NCBI GenBank assembly: GCA_944325085.1
Contig: CALUYT010000061.1
Location: 29,241 to 93,240, forward strand
Length of the DNA: 64,000 bases
Direction of reading: 5' to 3'
Source: Candidatus Gastranaerophilales bacterium
GTDB lineage: Bacteria > Cyanobacteriota > Vampirovibrionia > Gastranaerophilales > Gastranaerophilaceae
The translations under genes were made by a program, and so were the position numbers. Position 1 is the first letter of the stretch; each line of letters begins with the position of its first letter. The notes under the pieces are model-generated. The model worked only from the letters and a program-made list of their open reading frames with translations, was not told the origin of the DNA and did not search any database. Shown here one piece after another: positions 55,929 through 63,627 of this stretch.

Positions 55929-57143
55929 TTATAAGTAATGGTGCATTTTTTCTTTTTTTGTTTCAATATATCTTTTATTGTATGGTGTTATTTCTGATGA
56001 AACTTTAATTATATCGTTAACTTTTAATCCATAACCTTCAAGACCGATTATTTTTTTCGGATTATTGGTAATAAGATTGAAATTTTTATAACCTAAATCT
56101 ACCAAAATTTGAGCTCCTGTACCGTAGTCTCTCAAATCAGACTTAAAACCTAATGATATATTAGCTTCAATTGTATCTTGTCCTTGCTCTTGAAGTTTAT
56201 ATGCTTTTATTTTATTACATAGACCTATTCCTCGTCCTTCGTGGTCTGTTAAATATACCACAGCACCTTTTCCATATTCATTGATATATCTAAGTGCATT
56301 ATGAAGTTGGGAATTACAGTCACATTTTAGGCTATGGAAAATATCTCCTGTTAAACACATACTGTGAACTCTTACTGCAGGAATTTTATCAGAACCGTCA
56401 TCTTTGACTAAAGCAACGTGTTCTGTTCCGTTTATATGGTTTTTATAAGCGTATAATTCAAAATCTCCATATGGTGTAGGTAAAAATGTTTCAGCTTCCC
56501 TTGTTACGAGTTTTTCAGATCTAAGTCTGTATGCGATAAGTTCTGCAACTGATATAAATTTCATACCATGTTCATCTGCAAATTTACGTAAGTAATCTCT
56601 TCTTGCCATATGACCATCTGGCGCCATAAGTTCACACATAACACCAGCAGGTCTATGTCCGCAAATTTTTGCTAAATCAACTACGGCTTCTGTATGTCCG
56701 GTTCTTTCTAACACTCCGCCTTTTCTGGCTACACAAGGAAATAAATGACCAGGACGTCTTAAATCTGAAGGTTGAGCATCTCTTGCTGTTGCAACTTCTA
56801 CTGTTTTTGCTCTATCGTATGCGGAAATTCCTGTTGTTACTCCGTATTTTTCTGCAGCATCAATACTTATTGTAAATGCTGTTTTCATTCCTTCGTTATT
56901 TTGTTCAACCATTTGTGGCAAATCAAGTTGTTGAGCAATTTCAGGTGATATAGCTAAGCATATCAAACCTTTCACTTCTGAAGCTAAAAAGTTTATTTTT
57001 TCAGGGGTAACTTTTTCAGCTGAAATTATTACATCACCTTCGTTTTCTCTATCTTCATCGTCTGCTACGATTATAGGTTTCCCGTTTCTAAAGTCTTCTA
57101 TAGCATCTTCTATATTATCAAATCTAAATTCTATATTTTCCAT
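55929..57143 (-). CDS. ribBA: Bifunctional 3,4-dihydroxy-2-butanone-4-phosphate synthase / GTP cyclohydrolase II
   Basis: DDEDRENEGD and RTGHTEA (DHBP synthase). RVHSMCLTGDIFHSLKCDC and EGRGIGL (GTP cyclohydrolase II). Confidence 0.95.
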   Translation of the reverse strand: MENIEFRFDNIEDAIEDFRNGKPIIVADDEDRENEGDVIISAEKVTPEKINFLASEVKGLICLAISPEIAQQLDLPQMVEQNNEGMKTAFTISIDAAEKYGVTTGISAYDRAKTVEVATARDAQPSDLRRPGHLFPCVARKGGVLERTGHTEAVVDLAKICGHRPAGVMCELMAPDGHMARRDYLRKFADEHGMKFISVAELIAYRLRSEKLVTREAETFLPTPYGDFELYAYKNHINGTEHVALVKDDGSDKIPAVRVHSMCLTGDIFHSLKCDCNSQLHNALRYINEYGKGAVVYLTDHEGRGIGLCNKIKAYKLQEQGQDTIEANISLGFKSDLRDYGTGAQILVDLGYKNFNLITNNPKKIIGLEGYGLKVNDIIKVSSEITPYNKRYIETKKEKMHHYL

Positions 57144-57784
57144 TACACAAATCCATTCTCTTGTAAAAATTTCATACTTATATTGCTACTATTATCATTC
57201 GCAGATAAAATTTTTTCAACATATTTGCCTAAAATATCTGTTTCTATGTTTACAAAGTCTCCTGATTTTAAAGTTTTTAAATTTGTATTTGCGTATGTAT
57301 GCGGAATGATAGCAAGTGTAATATAGTTGTTTTCAATTTTTGCTACTGTTAAGCTTATTCCGTTAATTGTAATTGACCCTTTGTAAACAACATATTTAGT
57401 CTGTTCTTGCGGAATTCTAAATGTAAGATTGTAAAAATCAGAAAGTTTTTCTGCCGATATAAATTCTCCTTTGCAATCAACGTGTCCTGATACTATATGT
57501 CCGCCCAATCTTGAACTAAGAGTTAAGGCTCTTTCTAAGTTGACAATATCTCCGTTTTTAGCATCTTTAAATGTTGTAATATTTAAAGTTTCGTCACTGA
57601 TTCTTGCGCAGAAAGAATTGTTTGTAATTTCTGTTACAGTTTGGCATACTCCGTTTATTGCAATACTATCGCCAAGTTTTGTATCTTTTAATACTGTAGT
57701 GCATTCTATACAAATAGTTGCGCCATTTGTATCTTTTGTGAATGATTTTACTATCCCAGTTTCTTCGATAATTCCAGTAAACAT
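57143..57784 (-). CDS. ribE: Riboflavin synthase (alpha chain)
   Basis: MFTGIIEETG start and duplicated lumazine-binding repeats (GDSIAINGVCQTV / GSITINGISLTV). 1-nt overlap with ribBA. Confidence 0.9.
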   Translation of the reverse strand: MFTGIIEETGIVKSFTKDTNGATICIECTTVLKDTKLGDSIAINGVCQTVTEITNNSFCARISDETLNITTFKDAKNGDIVNLERALTLSSRLGGHIVSGHVDCKGEFISAEKLSDFYNLTFRIPQEQTKYVVYKGSITINGISLTVAKIENNYITLAIIPHTYANTNLKTLKSGDFVNIETDILGKYVEKILSANDNSSNISMKFLQENGFV

Positions 57785-57842
57785 AAATTCAGCTTACCAC
57801 ATTTTTTCTTTCTTTGATAGAAAAATAACGAAACTTTTACAT

Positions 57843-57882
57843 AAAAAAGAAAACCTCAGACTGTTTATGCCTGAGATTTTCT
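57843..57882 (-). terminator. Intrinsic terminator downstream of the PBP1A gene
   Basis: Minus strand reads AAAATCTCAG-(11-nt loop)-CTGAGGTTTT followed by CTTTTTT. One mismatch in the stem. Confidence 0.5.
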
Positions 57883-57899
57883 TTTTTATTTGTATTTTA

Positions 57900-60062
57900 T
57901 TATCTTAGACTTTCAGGTACTGCCATTGGTATAGGCGCTTTATCGTTTGTTGAAGTTGCCTTTGGAACTGGCGCACCTTGAGGTTTTACTGCTTTTTCAG
58001 AATGTTGATTAGAATTGTTTGTTGAAGAATTTTGTTTTTCTGTATTATTGGATTCTGTTTGTTGAGTAGAATTTTCGTTGTTATTTTCTTCTATGATTTC
58101 TTTACCTTCATTTGCAGGGTTTTCATCGTCTCCTATTATTTTTGGTTTTCCAAATGACATATTATAATTTTCAAGTTCAACCGGCGGATATTCAAAATCA
58201 TTGCTGCCGAAATCTTTTGTTGCGACTGTCATTATGTCTTTCCATATTTTTGCAGGAACGGTACCGCCATATAATCCAGGAACTTTTTTGTTGTTGTCAT
58301 CTCCTACCCATACGCCTGTTACAAGGTCAGGTGTATAACCTACAAAATAAGCATCTCTTGAATCATCAGTTGTTCCTGTTTTGCCGGCTGCAGGTTTCCC
58401 TATATTAGCACTTCTACCTGTTCCTGATAGGATAACTGTTTTTAGCATTGCAGTAATTTCAGCTGCTGTTTTTAAGCTAAGTTGGTGTGAAGATTTTGTT
58501 TTTGGAGCTCTGTAAATAACTCTGCCCCTTGAATCTTCAATTCGTTCTATTGCATATGGTTCTACTACGTAACCGCCATTTGCAAACGCGCCATAAGCTC
58601 TTACGAATTCAAAAAGTTTTACGCCATTTGAACCTAGTGAAATTGTATAATCATATTCTAATGGAGTTGTTATACCTAATACTCTTGCAATTTGGATTAC
58701 AGAACGTATTCCAACTTCTTGTATTATTCTTGCTGCGCATACGTTTGATGAAATCATTAATGCTTTGTATATAGGAATTTTTCCTCTGTACTTGTGACTG
58801 TAATTGTGTGGTGACCAAGTTCCTATTGTTATTGGACTATCATCAATTAAATCGTTTGGAGTAATTCCTTTTTCCATTGCTGCTGCATATACTATAGGTT
58901 TGAATGCAGATCCAGGAGGTCTTACTGATTGAACTCTATCGTATTGGCTTTCACCATAGTTTTTACCTCCGGCATAGACAAATATTCTTCCGTCTATAGG
59001 GCTGTAGGTAAATACTGCAGCTTGTTGTGATTTGTTTCTTAAGCCAAATGCATTTAAATTCTTTAAAATTGATTCATTTGCAGCGGCTTGAGCTTTTGAA
59101 TCTAGTGTTGTTATAACTCTATAGCCACCGTGAATTATGTCGGTTTCTTCAAATCCAAGTTTTTCCATTTCTTTAATAACATAGTCACTAAAATATGGAG
59201 CTTTGTTTGTTGTGTATATTTGAGGTACAGAACTTAATTTTACATCTGCTTTTATAGCATTGTTGTATTCTTCTTCTGTAATATACTTCATTGTTAGCAT
59301 TCTTTTTAGAACTTGGTTTCTTCTTTGAATTGCAAGTTCTTTGCTATTATAAGGGTTATAGACAGAAGGTGCTTGTGGTAAGCCTGCAATCAAAGCTAAA
59401 TCAGGTAATGATAATTGGCTTAGCTTTTTATTAAAGTATATTTTTGATGCTGCAGATACCCCATAAGCTCCTGCACCTAAGTAAACATTGTTAAGGTACA
59501 TTTCAAGAATTTGGTCTTTAGAAATTGTTTTTTCAATTCTTGCTGCAACTTCTAATTCTTTTATTTTTCTTGTTAATGTTCTTTCATTTGATAGGAATAA
59601 AATTCTGGCTAATTGTTGCGTTAATGTACTTGCACCTTGTACTGCGCGTCTTGCTATAACGTTTTGTATAGAGGATCTTGCAATCCCAAATATGTCATAA
59701 CCTTTGTGTTTATAAAAATTTTTGTCTTCTGTTGCAATTAAAGCTTGTTTTAATTGTTCAGGAACATCTTTTAATTCTACTTTGTCATAGGTATAAGCTG
59801 TAAATGTTTTTATAACTTCCCCATCTTCAGAATAGAATTTTGTTACAATATTAGGTTTATAATCTTCTAAATCCGGAATTGGAGGAAGTGAAGATAAGTA
59901 CAAATTAAATGCTACAAAGCCGGCAAGGCATAATGCTGATGATATGAGTATAAACATTTTTAAATTTGTAAAAAAGCTGTTTGGTTTTTTTCTTGATATA
60001 TTTTCTCTTGCAATATCTTTTGCCGCTCTTTGTCTTTTGTATCTTTCATAAGAACTTGACAT
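57900..60062 (-). CDS. mrcA: Penicillin-binding protein 1A (bifunctional transglycosylase/transpeptidase) with N/S/Q-rich C-terminal tail
   Basis: GT51 motifs EDKNFYKHKGYD and GASTLTQQLAR. Transpeptidase motifs SAFKP (SxxK), SSN and KTGTT. N-terminal TM anchor. Confidence 0.9.
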   Translation of the reverse strand: MSSSYERYKRQRAAKDIARENISRKKPNSFFTNLKMFILISSALCLAGFVAFNLYLSSLPPIPDLEDYKPNIVTKFYSEDGEVIKTFTAYTYDKVELKDVPEQLKQALIATEDKNFYKHKGYDIFGIARSSIQNVIARRAVQGASTLTQQLARILFLSNERTLTRKIKELEVAARIEKTISKDQILEMYLNNVYLGAGAYGVSAASKIYFNKKLSQLSLPDLALIAGLPQAPSVYNPYNSKELAIQRRNQVLKRMLTMKYITEEEYNNAIKADVKLSSVPQIYTTNKAPYFSDYVIKEMEKLGFEETDIIHGGYRVITTLDSKAQAAANESILKNLNAFGLRNKSQQAAVFTYSPIDGRIFVYAGGKNYGESQYDRVQSVRPPGSAFKPIVYAAAMEKGITPNDLIDDSPITIGTWSPHNYSHKYRGKIPIYKALMISSNVCAARIIQEVGIRSVIQIARVLGITTPLEYDYTISLGSNGVKLFEFVRAYGAFANGGYVVEPYAIERIEDSRGRVIYRAPKTKSSHQLSLKTAAEITAMLKTVILSGTGRSANIGKPAAGKTGTTDDSRDAYFVGYTPDLVTGVWVGDDNNKKVPGLYGGTVPAKIWKDIMTVATKDFGSNDFEYPPVELENYNMSFGKPKIIGDDENPANEGKEIIEENNNENSTQQTESNNTEKQNSSTNNSNQHSEKAVKPQGAPVPKATSTNDKAPIPMAVPESLR

Positions 60063-60238
60063 CAGTTTCTCTCCCTATCGATAAACCATTATATTATATC
60101 ACTTCATAATATATATCAAATTATTAAGAATTTCGCTATTTTCGAACCATGCTTTTACAAATATCTTTACAAAGCCTTTAAATTAAAAAATGTTCGAGTT
60201 ATACTTTAACGGTTGACAAGTATGGAGATTAAGAAAAA

Positions 60239-61612
60239 ATGTACAACGTAGCAATTATAGGTGCTGGACCTGCTGGGATTTTTGCAGCTTTAGAGATAAT
60301 GAAATTGAAACCTGACTGGAAAGTCGTTTTGATTGAAAAAGGACAAAGAATTGAAAAAAGAAAATGTCCAATTAGAGAAGGTTCTCCAAAATGTGTAAAT
60401 TGCCGCAGATGTGGTTTATTATGCGGTTGGGGTGGAGCCGGAGCATTTTCTGACGGTAAATTAACTTTAACTCCAGATGTTGGCGGTCATTTGGTTGATT
60501 ATATGACAAGAAAACAGGCTGAAGATTTAATTGGTTATGCTGATAAATTGTATTTAGATTATGGTGCAACTGAAGAAGTCTTTGGCACTGATATGAAAAT
60601 TTTTGAAGAAATAGAACATCAAGCAGTTTTGGCTGAACTTAAATTAGTTCATTCTCCTGTTAGACATTTGGGAACTGAAAGAAGCTTAGATGTATTAAAA
60701 AATATGCAAGATTATTTGGATGAAAGAATTACTATTCTAAATAATGTGTCAGCTCAGTCTTTAATTGTAGAATGTGAACAAGTAAAAGGTATTAAACTTG
60801 ATAACGGCGAAGTTATTTCTGCTGAATATACAATTATTGCTCCGGGTAGAGAAGGCGCTGATTGGTTAACTCAAGAATTTGCGCAACATAAAATCGGTAT
60901 GGTTAACAATGCTGTTGACGTTGGGGTTCGTGTTGAACTTCCTGCTCCGGTTTTTGAACCTTTAACTTCTAAATTATATGAATCTAAATTGATTTATCAC
61001 TCTCCTACTTTTGGTGATGAAGTTAGAACATTCTGTATGAATCCAAACGGTGAGGTTGTTCAGGAAAATTATAACGGTATAGCTACTGTAAATGGTCATA
61101 GTTACGCAAATTATAAAACTCCTAATACAAACTTTGCGTTGTTGGTTAGTGAAAAATTTACAGAACCGTTCAAAGAACCAATTCAATATGGTCAGCATAT
61201 TGCAAGACTTGCTAATATGTTAGGCGGTGGAATATTAGTTCAAAGATTTGGTGATTTATTAGATGGTCGCAGATCAACTCCGGAAAGAATTAAATCAAGT
61301 GTTATTACTCCAACATTGACTTGTGCTACTCCTGGAGATTTGAGCTTGGTAATTCCTTATCGTCAAATGACAAGTATTATTGAAATGTTACAAGCTTTAG
61401 ATAAAATTGCTCCTGGTACTGCTTCAAGATATACATTACTTTATGGTATTGAAGTTAAGTTCTATTCAGCAAGAGTTAAACTTACTAATGAGCTTGAAAC
61501 TGAAGGTGTTAAAAATTTGTTTACTATAGGTGATGGTGCGGGTGTAACAAGAGGTCTTTTACAGGCATCAGCATCAGGTGTTTATGTAGCAAGAACAATT
61601 TGCGAAAGATAG
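60239..61612 (+). CDS. FAD-dependent oxidoreductase (uncharacterised dehydrogenase family)
   Basis: Dinucleotide-binding motif IIGAGPAGIFAAL, a Cys cluster CPIREGSPKCVNCRRCG, and a C-terminal GDGAG motif. Confidence 0.8.
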   Translation: MYNVAIIGAGPAGIFAALEIMKLKPDWKVVLIEKGQRIEKRKCPIREGSPKCVNCRRCGLLCGWGGAGAFSDGKLTLTPDVGGHLVDYMTRKQAEDLIGYADKLYLDYGATEEVFGTDMKIFEEIEHQAVLAELKLVHSPVRHLGTERSLDVLKNMQDYLDERITILNNVSAQSLIVECEQVKGIKLDNGEVISAEYTIIAPGREGADWLTQEFAQHKIGMVNNAVDVGVRVELPAPVFEPLTSKLYESKLIYHSPTFGDEVRTFCMNPNGEVVQENYNGIATVNGHSYANYKTPNTNFALLVSEKFTEPFKEPIQYGQHIARLANMLGGGILVQRFGDLLDGRRSTPERIKSSVITPTLTCATPGDLSLVIPYRQMTSIIEMLQALDKIAPGTASRYTLLYGIEVKFYSARVKLTNELETEGVKNLFTIGDGAGVTRGLLQASASGVYVARTICER

Positions 61613-61614
61613 TT

Positions 61615-61644
61615 AAAAAAAGGCTGCATCTGCAGCCTTTTTTA
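61615..61644. terminator. Bidirectional intrinsic terminator
   Basis: AAAAAAGGCTGCA-TC-TGCAGCCTTTTTT between the convergent genes 60239..61612 (+) and 61659..61997 (-). Confidence 0.75.
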
Positions 61645-61658
61645 TTGCATATATCTAT

Positions 61659-61997
61659 TTATCTATTATTACCTTTTGAGCCTGCGTTTGTCCGATTTAT
61701 GCAATTTCCGAATTGGCAATTGGCATCATAAGGTTGGGTGCTTTCTTCTTGTGCGGGTTCCATATTGACATTTTCAGGAACATTTGGTTGTCCGAGTTGA
61801 GTTCTGCTATTAAATGTGTTATTTGGTTTTACGATTGCATCAAGGTTGTTTGGGATAATTTTATCATTTAGTTTGTCATTTATACCTGCTCCGATGTTTG
61901 CTTGGCAGGCTCCTAAATCTTCAATTTTACAGGCACTATATGTGTGGGTGCTTTGAGTTAACAAAATTATCGCTGTTAAAATTAAAATCTTTTTCAT
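61659..61997 (-). CDS. Small secreted four-cysteine hypothetical protein
   Basis: AGGAGA Shine-Dalgarno. Signal peptide MKKILILTAIILLTQSTHTYSA. Cys pairs C-x6-C and C-x4-C. 112 aa. Confidence 0.55.
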   Translation of the reverse strand: MKKILILTAIILLTQSTHTYSACKIEDLGACQANIGAGINDKLNDKIIPNNLDAIVKPNNTFNSRTQLGQPNVPENVNMEPAQEESTQPYDANCQFGNCINRTNAGSKGNNR

Positions 61998-62079
61998 TAT
62001 TATATTTTCTCCTGTAGTTATCTATATGCCTAATATAAAAAATATTTAGACGCTTTACATTGGAGAAAAGTATAATCTT

Positions 62080-62517
62080 TTAAAACCACTTTCGGATAAT
62101 CTTTTTGTTTTGTTTTCTTTCTATATTTTCTAAGACTTCTTTGAATGGTATTATTGGTTCCATTTTGTATCCACAAGTTTCTGAAAGTGTACCACCCATT
62201 GAAAATAGTTCTTCTTGTGGGTATCTTCTGCATATTCCGGGTCTCCAAAAATGGATTTTGCAGCGCTTTGTTTCCGGATCAAGATTTGTACATTCAAAGA
62301 TTAACCCTAATTCATCTTTGCCTATGATTTTTAAATCAGAATAAAATTTGTGTAAATATTGTAGTTTTTTAAATTCCTTTTCATCTTTGAGTACATGTTT
62401 AAAATGTTTTACATAAATGTGTGTACAGCATTGCCCACAACCTTTACATTTTCCTGTTCTATAGTAGTGCTTTTTTAATATCTTTGCTAGTATAAATTTT
62501 CTGATTTTTTCCCACAT
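62080..62517 (-). CDS. YkgJ-family cysteine-cluster protein (second copy in the window)
   Basis: CKGCGQCCTHIYV ... CTNLDPETKRCKIHFWRPGICRRYP. Same pattern as 46409..46936. Confidence 0.7.
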   Translation of the reverse strand: MWEKIRKFILAKILKKHYYRTGKCKGCGQCCTHIYVKHFKHVLKDEKEFKKLQYLHKFYSDLKIIGKDELGLIFECTNLDPETKRCKIHFWRPGICRRYPQEELFSMGGTLSETCGYKMEPIIPFKEVLENIERKQNKKIIRKWF

Positions 62518-62624
62518 ATCTTTATAATAATATCAATTTTTCTATAAGTTTGTTAAGAATTGTAAATGTTTAAACTAAAAAAAGCAAATGTAAATCTTGA
62601 GGATAATTTATCAAGATGAAAGAA

Positions 62625-62699
62625 ATAACCGAATTAAATAAATAACCTTAATATAGTTTTTATAACTGACATAATACTATAACATAACCAAAAATAACC
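62625..62699 (+). repeat. Cluster of six ATAAC(C/T/A) hexamers
   Basis: ATAACC at 62625, 62642, 62684 and 62694; ATAACT at 62662; ATAACA at 62679. All lie in non-coding sequence just upstream of an orphan terminator. Confidence 0.4.
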
Positions 62700-62705
62700 A
62701 ACCTT

Positions 62706-62730
62706 GACCTCTAATCGAGGTCTTTTTTTT
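62706..62730 (+). terminator. Orphan intrinsic terminator (no annotated ORF upstream on this strand)
   Basis: GACCTC-TAATC-GAGGTC followed by T8. The upstream 190 nt contain no ORF longer than 9 codons. Confidence 0.55.
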
Positions 62731-62842
62731 GGGTAGAAATGGAGATGGATTAAAGTCTAAAGCTTTGGTAAACAGTTGTAATTTTTGTTGCAAATGTTGT
62801 TTTTTAATTGCAGTAGGGGATTGTTAATGTTTATTGTAACAG

Positions 62843-62854
62843 ATTGTTAACAAT
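62843..62854. promoter_or_regulatory. Perfect 12-bp palindrome, candidate operator
   Basis: ATTGTTAACAAT lies 14 nt upstream of the TAAAGTTT -35-like element. Confidence 0.3.
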
Positions 62855-62868
62855 ATTGGTTTGTTTTT

Positions 62869-62898
62869 TAAAGTTTAGATATTTAAATGCCGTAGATA
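62869..62898 (+). promoter_or_regulatory. Sigma-28 (FliA)-like promoter candidate for the 175-aa gene
   Basis: TAAAGTTT (8 of 8 to the enterobacterial -35) - N12 - GCCGTAGA (GCCG conserved, 5 of 8 to GCCGATAA). That equals TAAA-N16-GCCG. Ends 30 nt before the ATG at 62929. Confidence 0.35.
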
Positions 62899-62928
62899 TA
62901 TTTGTAAGGAAACAAAGGGATAAGTCTA

Positions 62929-63456
62929 ATGGGTTTAAATGTAAATTATAGTTCTTTATATAAACATGGCATTGATACCTCTATTTTAAAAGATGTATCT
63001 CAAGAAATTTTACGCCGTGCTGCTCAAAAGAATTCCCAATACAACAGTGCTAATGCTTCTCAAGTTACAAGCTTTGCAAGACCTGTTGAATTAGGTTTAG
63101 ATTTATACCAAGGAAAGATTGATACAAATGTTCAAAAACAAATTGCTATGAATAATTCTTTCCAATTCCAATTTAATCAAGCAGCTTTAGATTCTATCAA
63201 CTATTTGAATTCTCAAGCAGCTATTTCAAGAAGAAATGATGGAAAATATATGCCTGTAGTTAATGAAGTTGTTACTGAAACTCAAAAAGCTACTGAAACA
63301 ACTGCAGCATCTCAATTTATAAGTATTTTTGCAGCTTCAACAGCAAAAGATAAAGATGGTTCAAATCCTTTTTATCACGGTGAACTTCTTATGGGTGGCA
63401 AAGCTGCTAATGAAGAAGCTTCAGCTTCTGATTCTATGAAAAGTATTTTTGCATAA
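62929..63456 (+). CDS. Hypothetical protein (175 aa)
   Basis: ORF with a purine-rich ribosome-binding region (AAGGAAACAAAGGGA) and its own terminator. N-terminus MGLNVNYSSL is loosely reminiscent of M-x-[IL]-N-x-N of flagellar axial proteins. No TM or signal peptide. Confidence 0.6.
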   Translation: MGLNVNYSSLYKHGIDTSILKDVSQEILRRAAQKNSQYNSANASQVTSFARPVELGLDLYQGKIDTNVQKQIAMNNSFQFQFNQAALDSINYLNSQAAISRRNDGKYMPVVNEVVTETQKATETTAASQFISIFAASTAKDKDGSNPFYHGELLMGGKAANEEASASDSMKSIFA

Positions 63457-63510
63457 TTAAAAGATTTCTCAATAAATTTACTTCCCTTATGTTTACTACT
63501 ATATATTATA

Positions 63511-63537
63511 AACTCCGAAGTTAATCGGAGTTTTTTA
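63511..63537 (+). terminator. Intrinsic terminator of the 175-aa gene
   Basis: AACTCCGA-AGTTAA-TCGGAGTT followed by TTTT. Confidence 0.7.
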
Positions 63538-63627
63538 TTATGTTTAAAATAATATCCTGTTGTCTGATTTAGAAATTTTTTGAAAGTTTTATTATTACTT
63601 TAAATCAGAAGAAAGGACAAGTGTGAT

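Noticed and set aside
57785-57899. Looked for an FMN riboswitch upstream of ribE
   Set aside because: Only about 115 nt are available, and roughly 40 of them form the PBP1A terminator. None of the conserved FMN-element helices or sequence blocks are visible.
57471-57908. 145-aa plus-strand ORF across ribE and the ribE/PBP1A gap
   Set aside because: It is antisense to ribE, which has the canonical MFTGIIE start, and it runs through a terminator.
60139-60146. TTCGAACC (minus strand GGTTCGAA), a tRNA T-arm-like sequence
   Set aside because: The surrounding sequence is nearly all A/T and cannot form acceptor, D or anticodon stems. It is not a tRNA.
62167-62175. GTATCCACA, 8 of 9 match to a DnaA box
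   Set aside because: It is a single copy inside a coding region, with no cluster of boxes, no adjacent AT-rich unwinding element and no dnaA or dnaN nearby.
62030-62344. Overlapping 72-, 79- and 60-aa ORFs at the 3' end of the YkgJ-like gene
   Set aside because: The YkgJ-like frame carries the diagnostic cysteine motifs. The others are alternative or antisense frames of the same DNA.
63563-63609. 9-bp inverted repeat TCTGATTTA / TAAATCAGA separated by 29 nt upstream of skp
   Set aside because: The arms are short and A/T-rich, and the loop is long. This is easily produced by chance, and no further support is visible.
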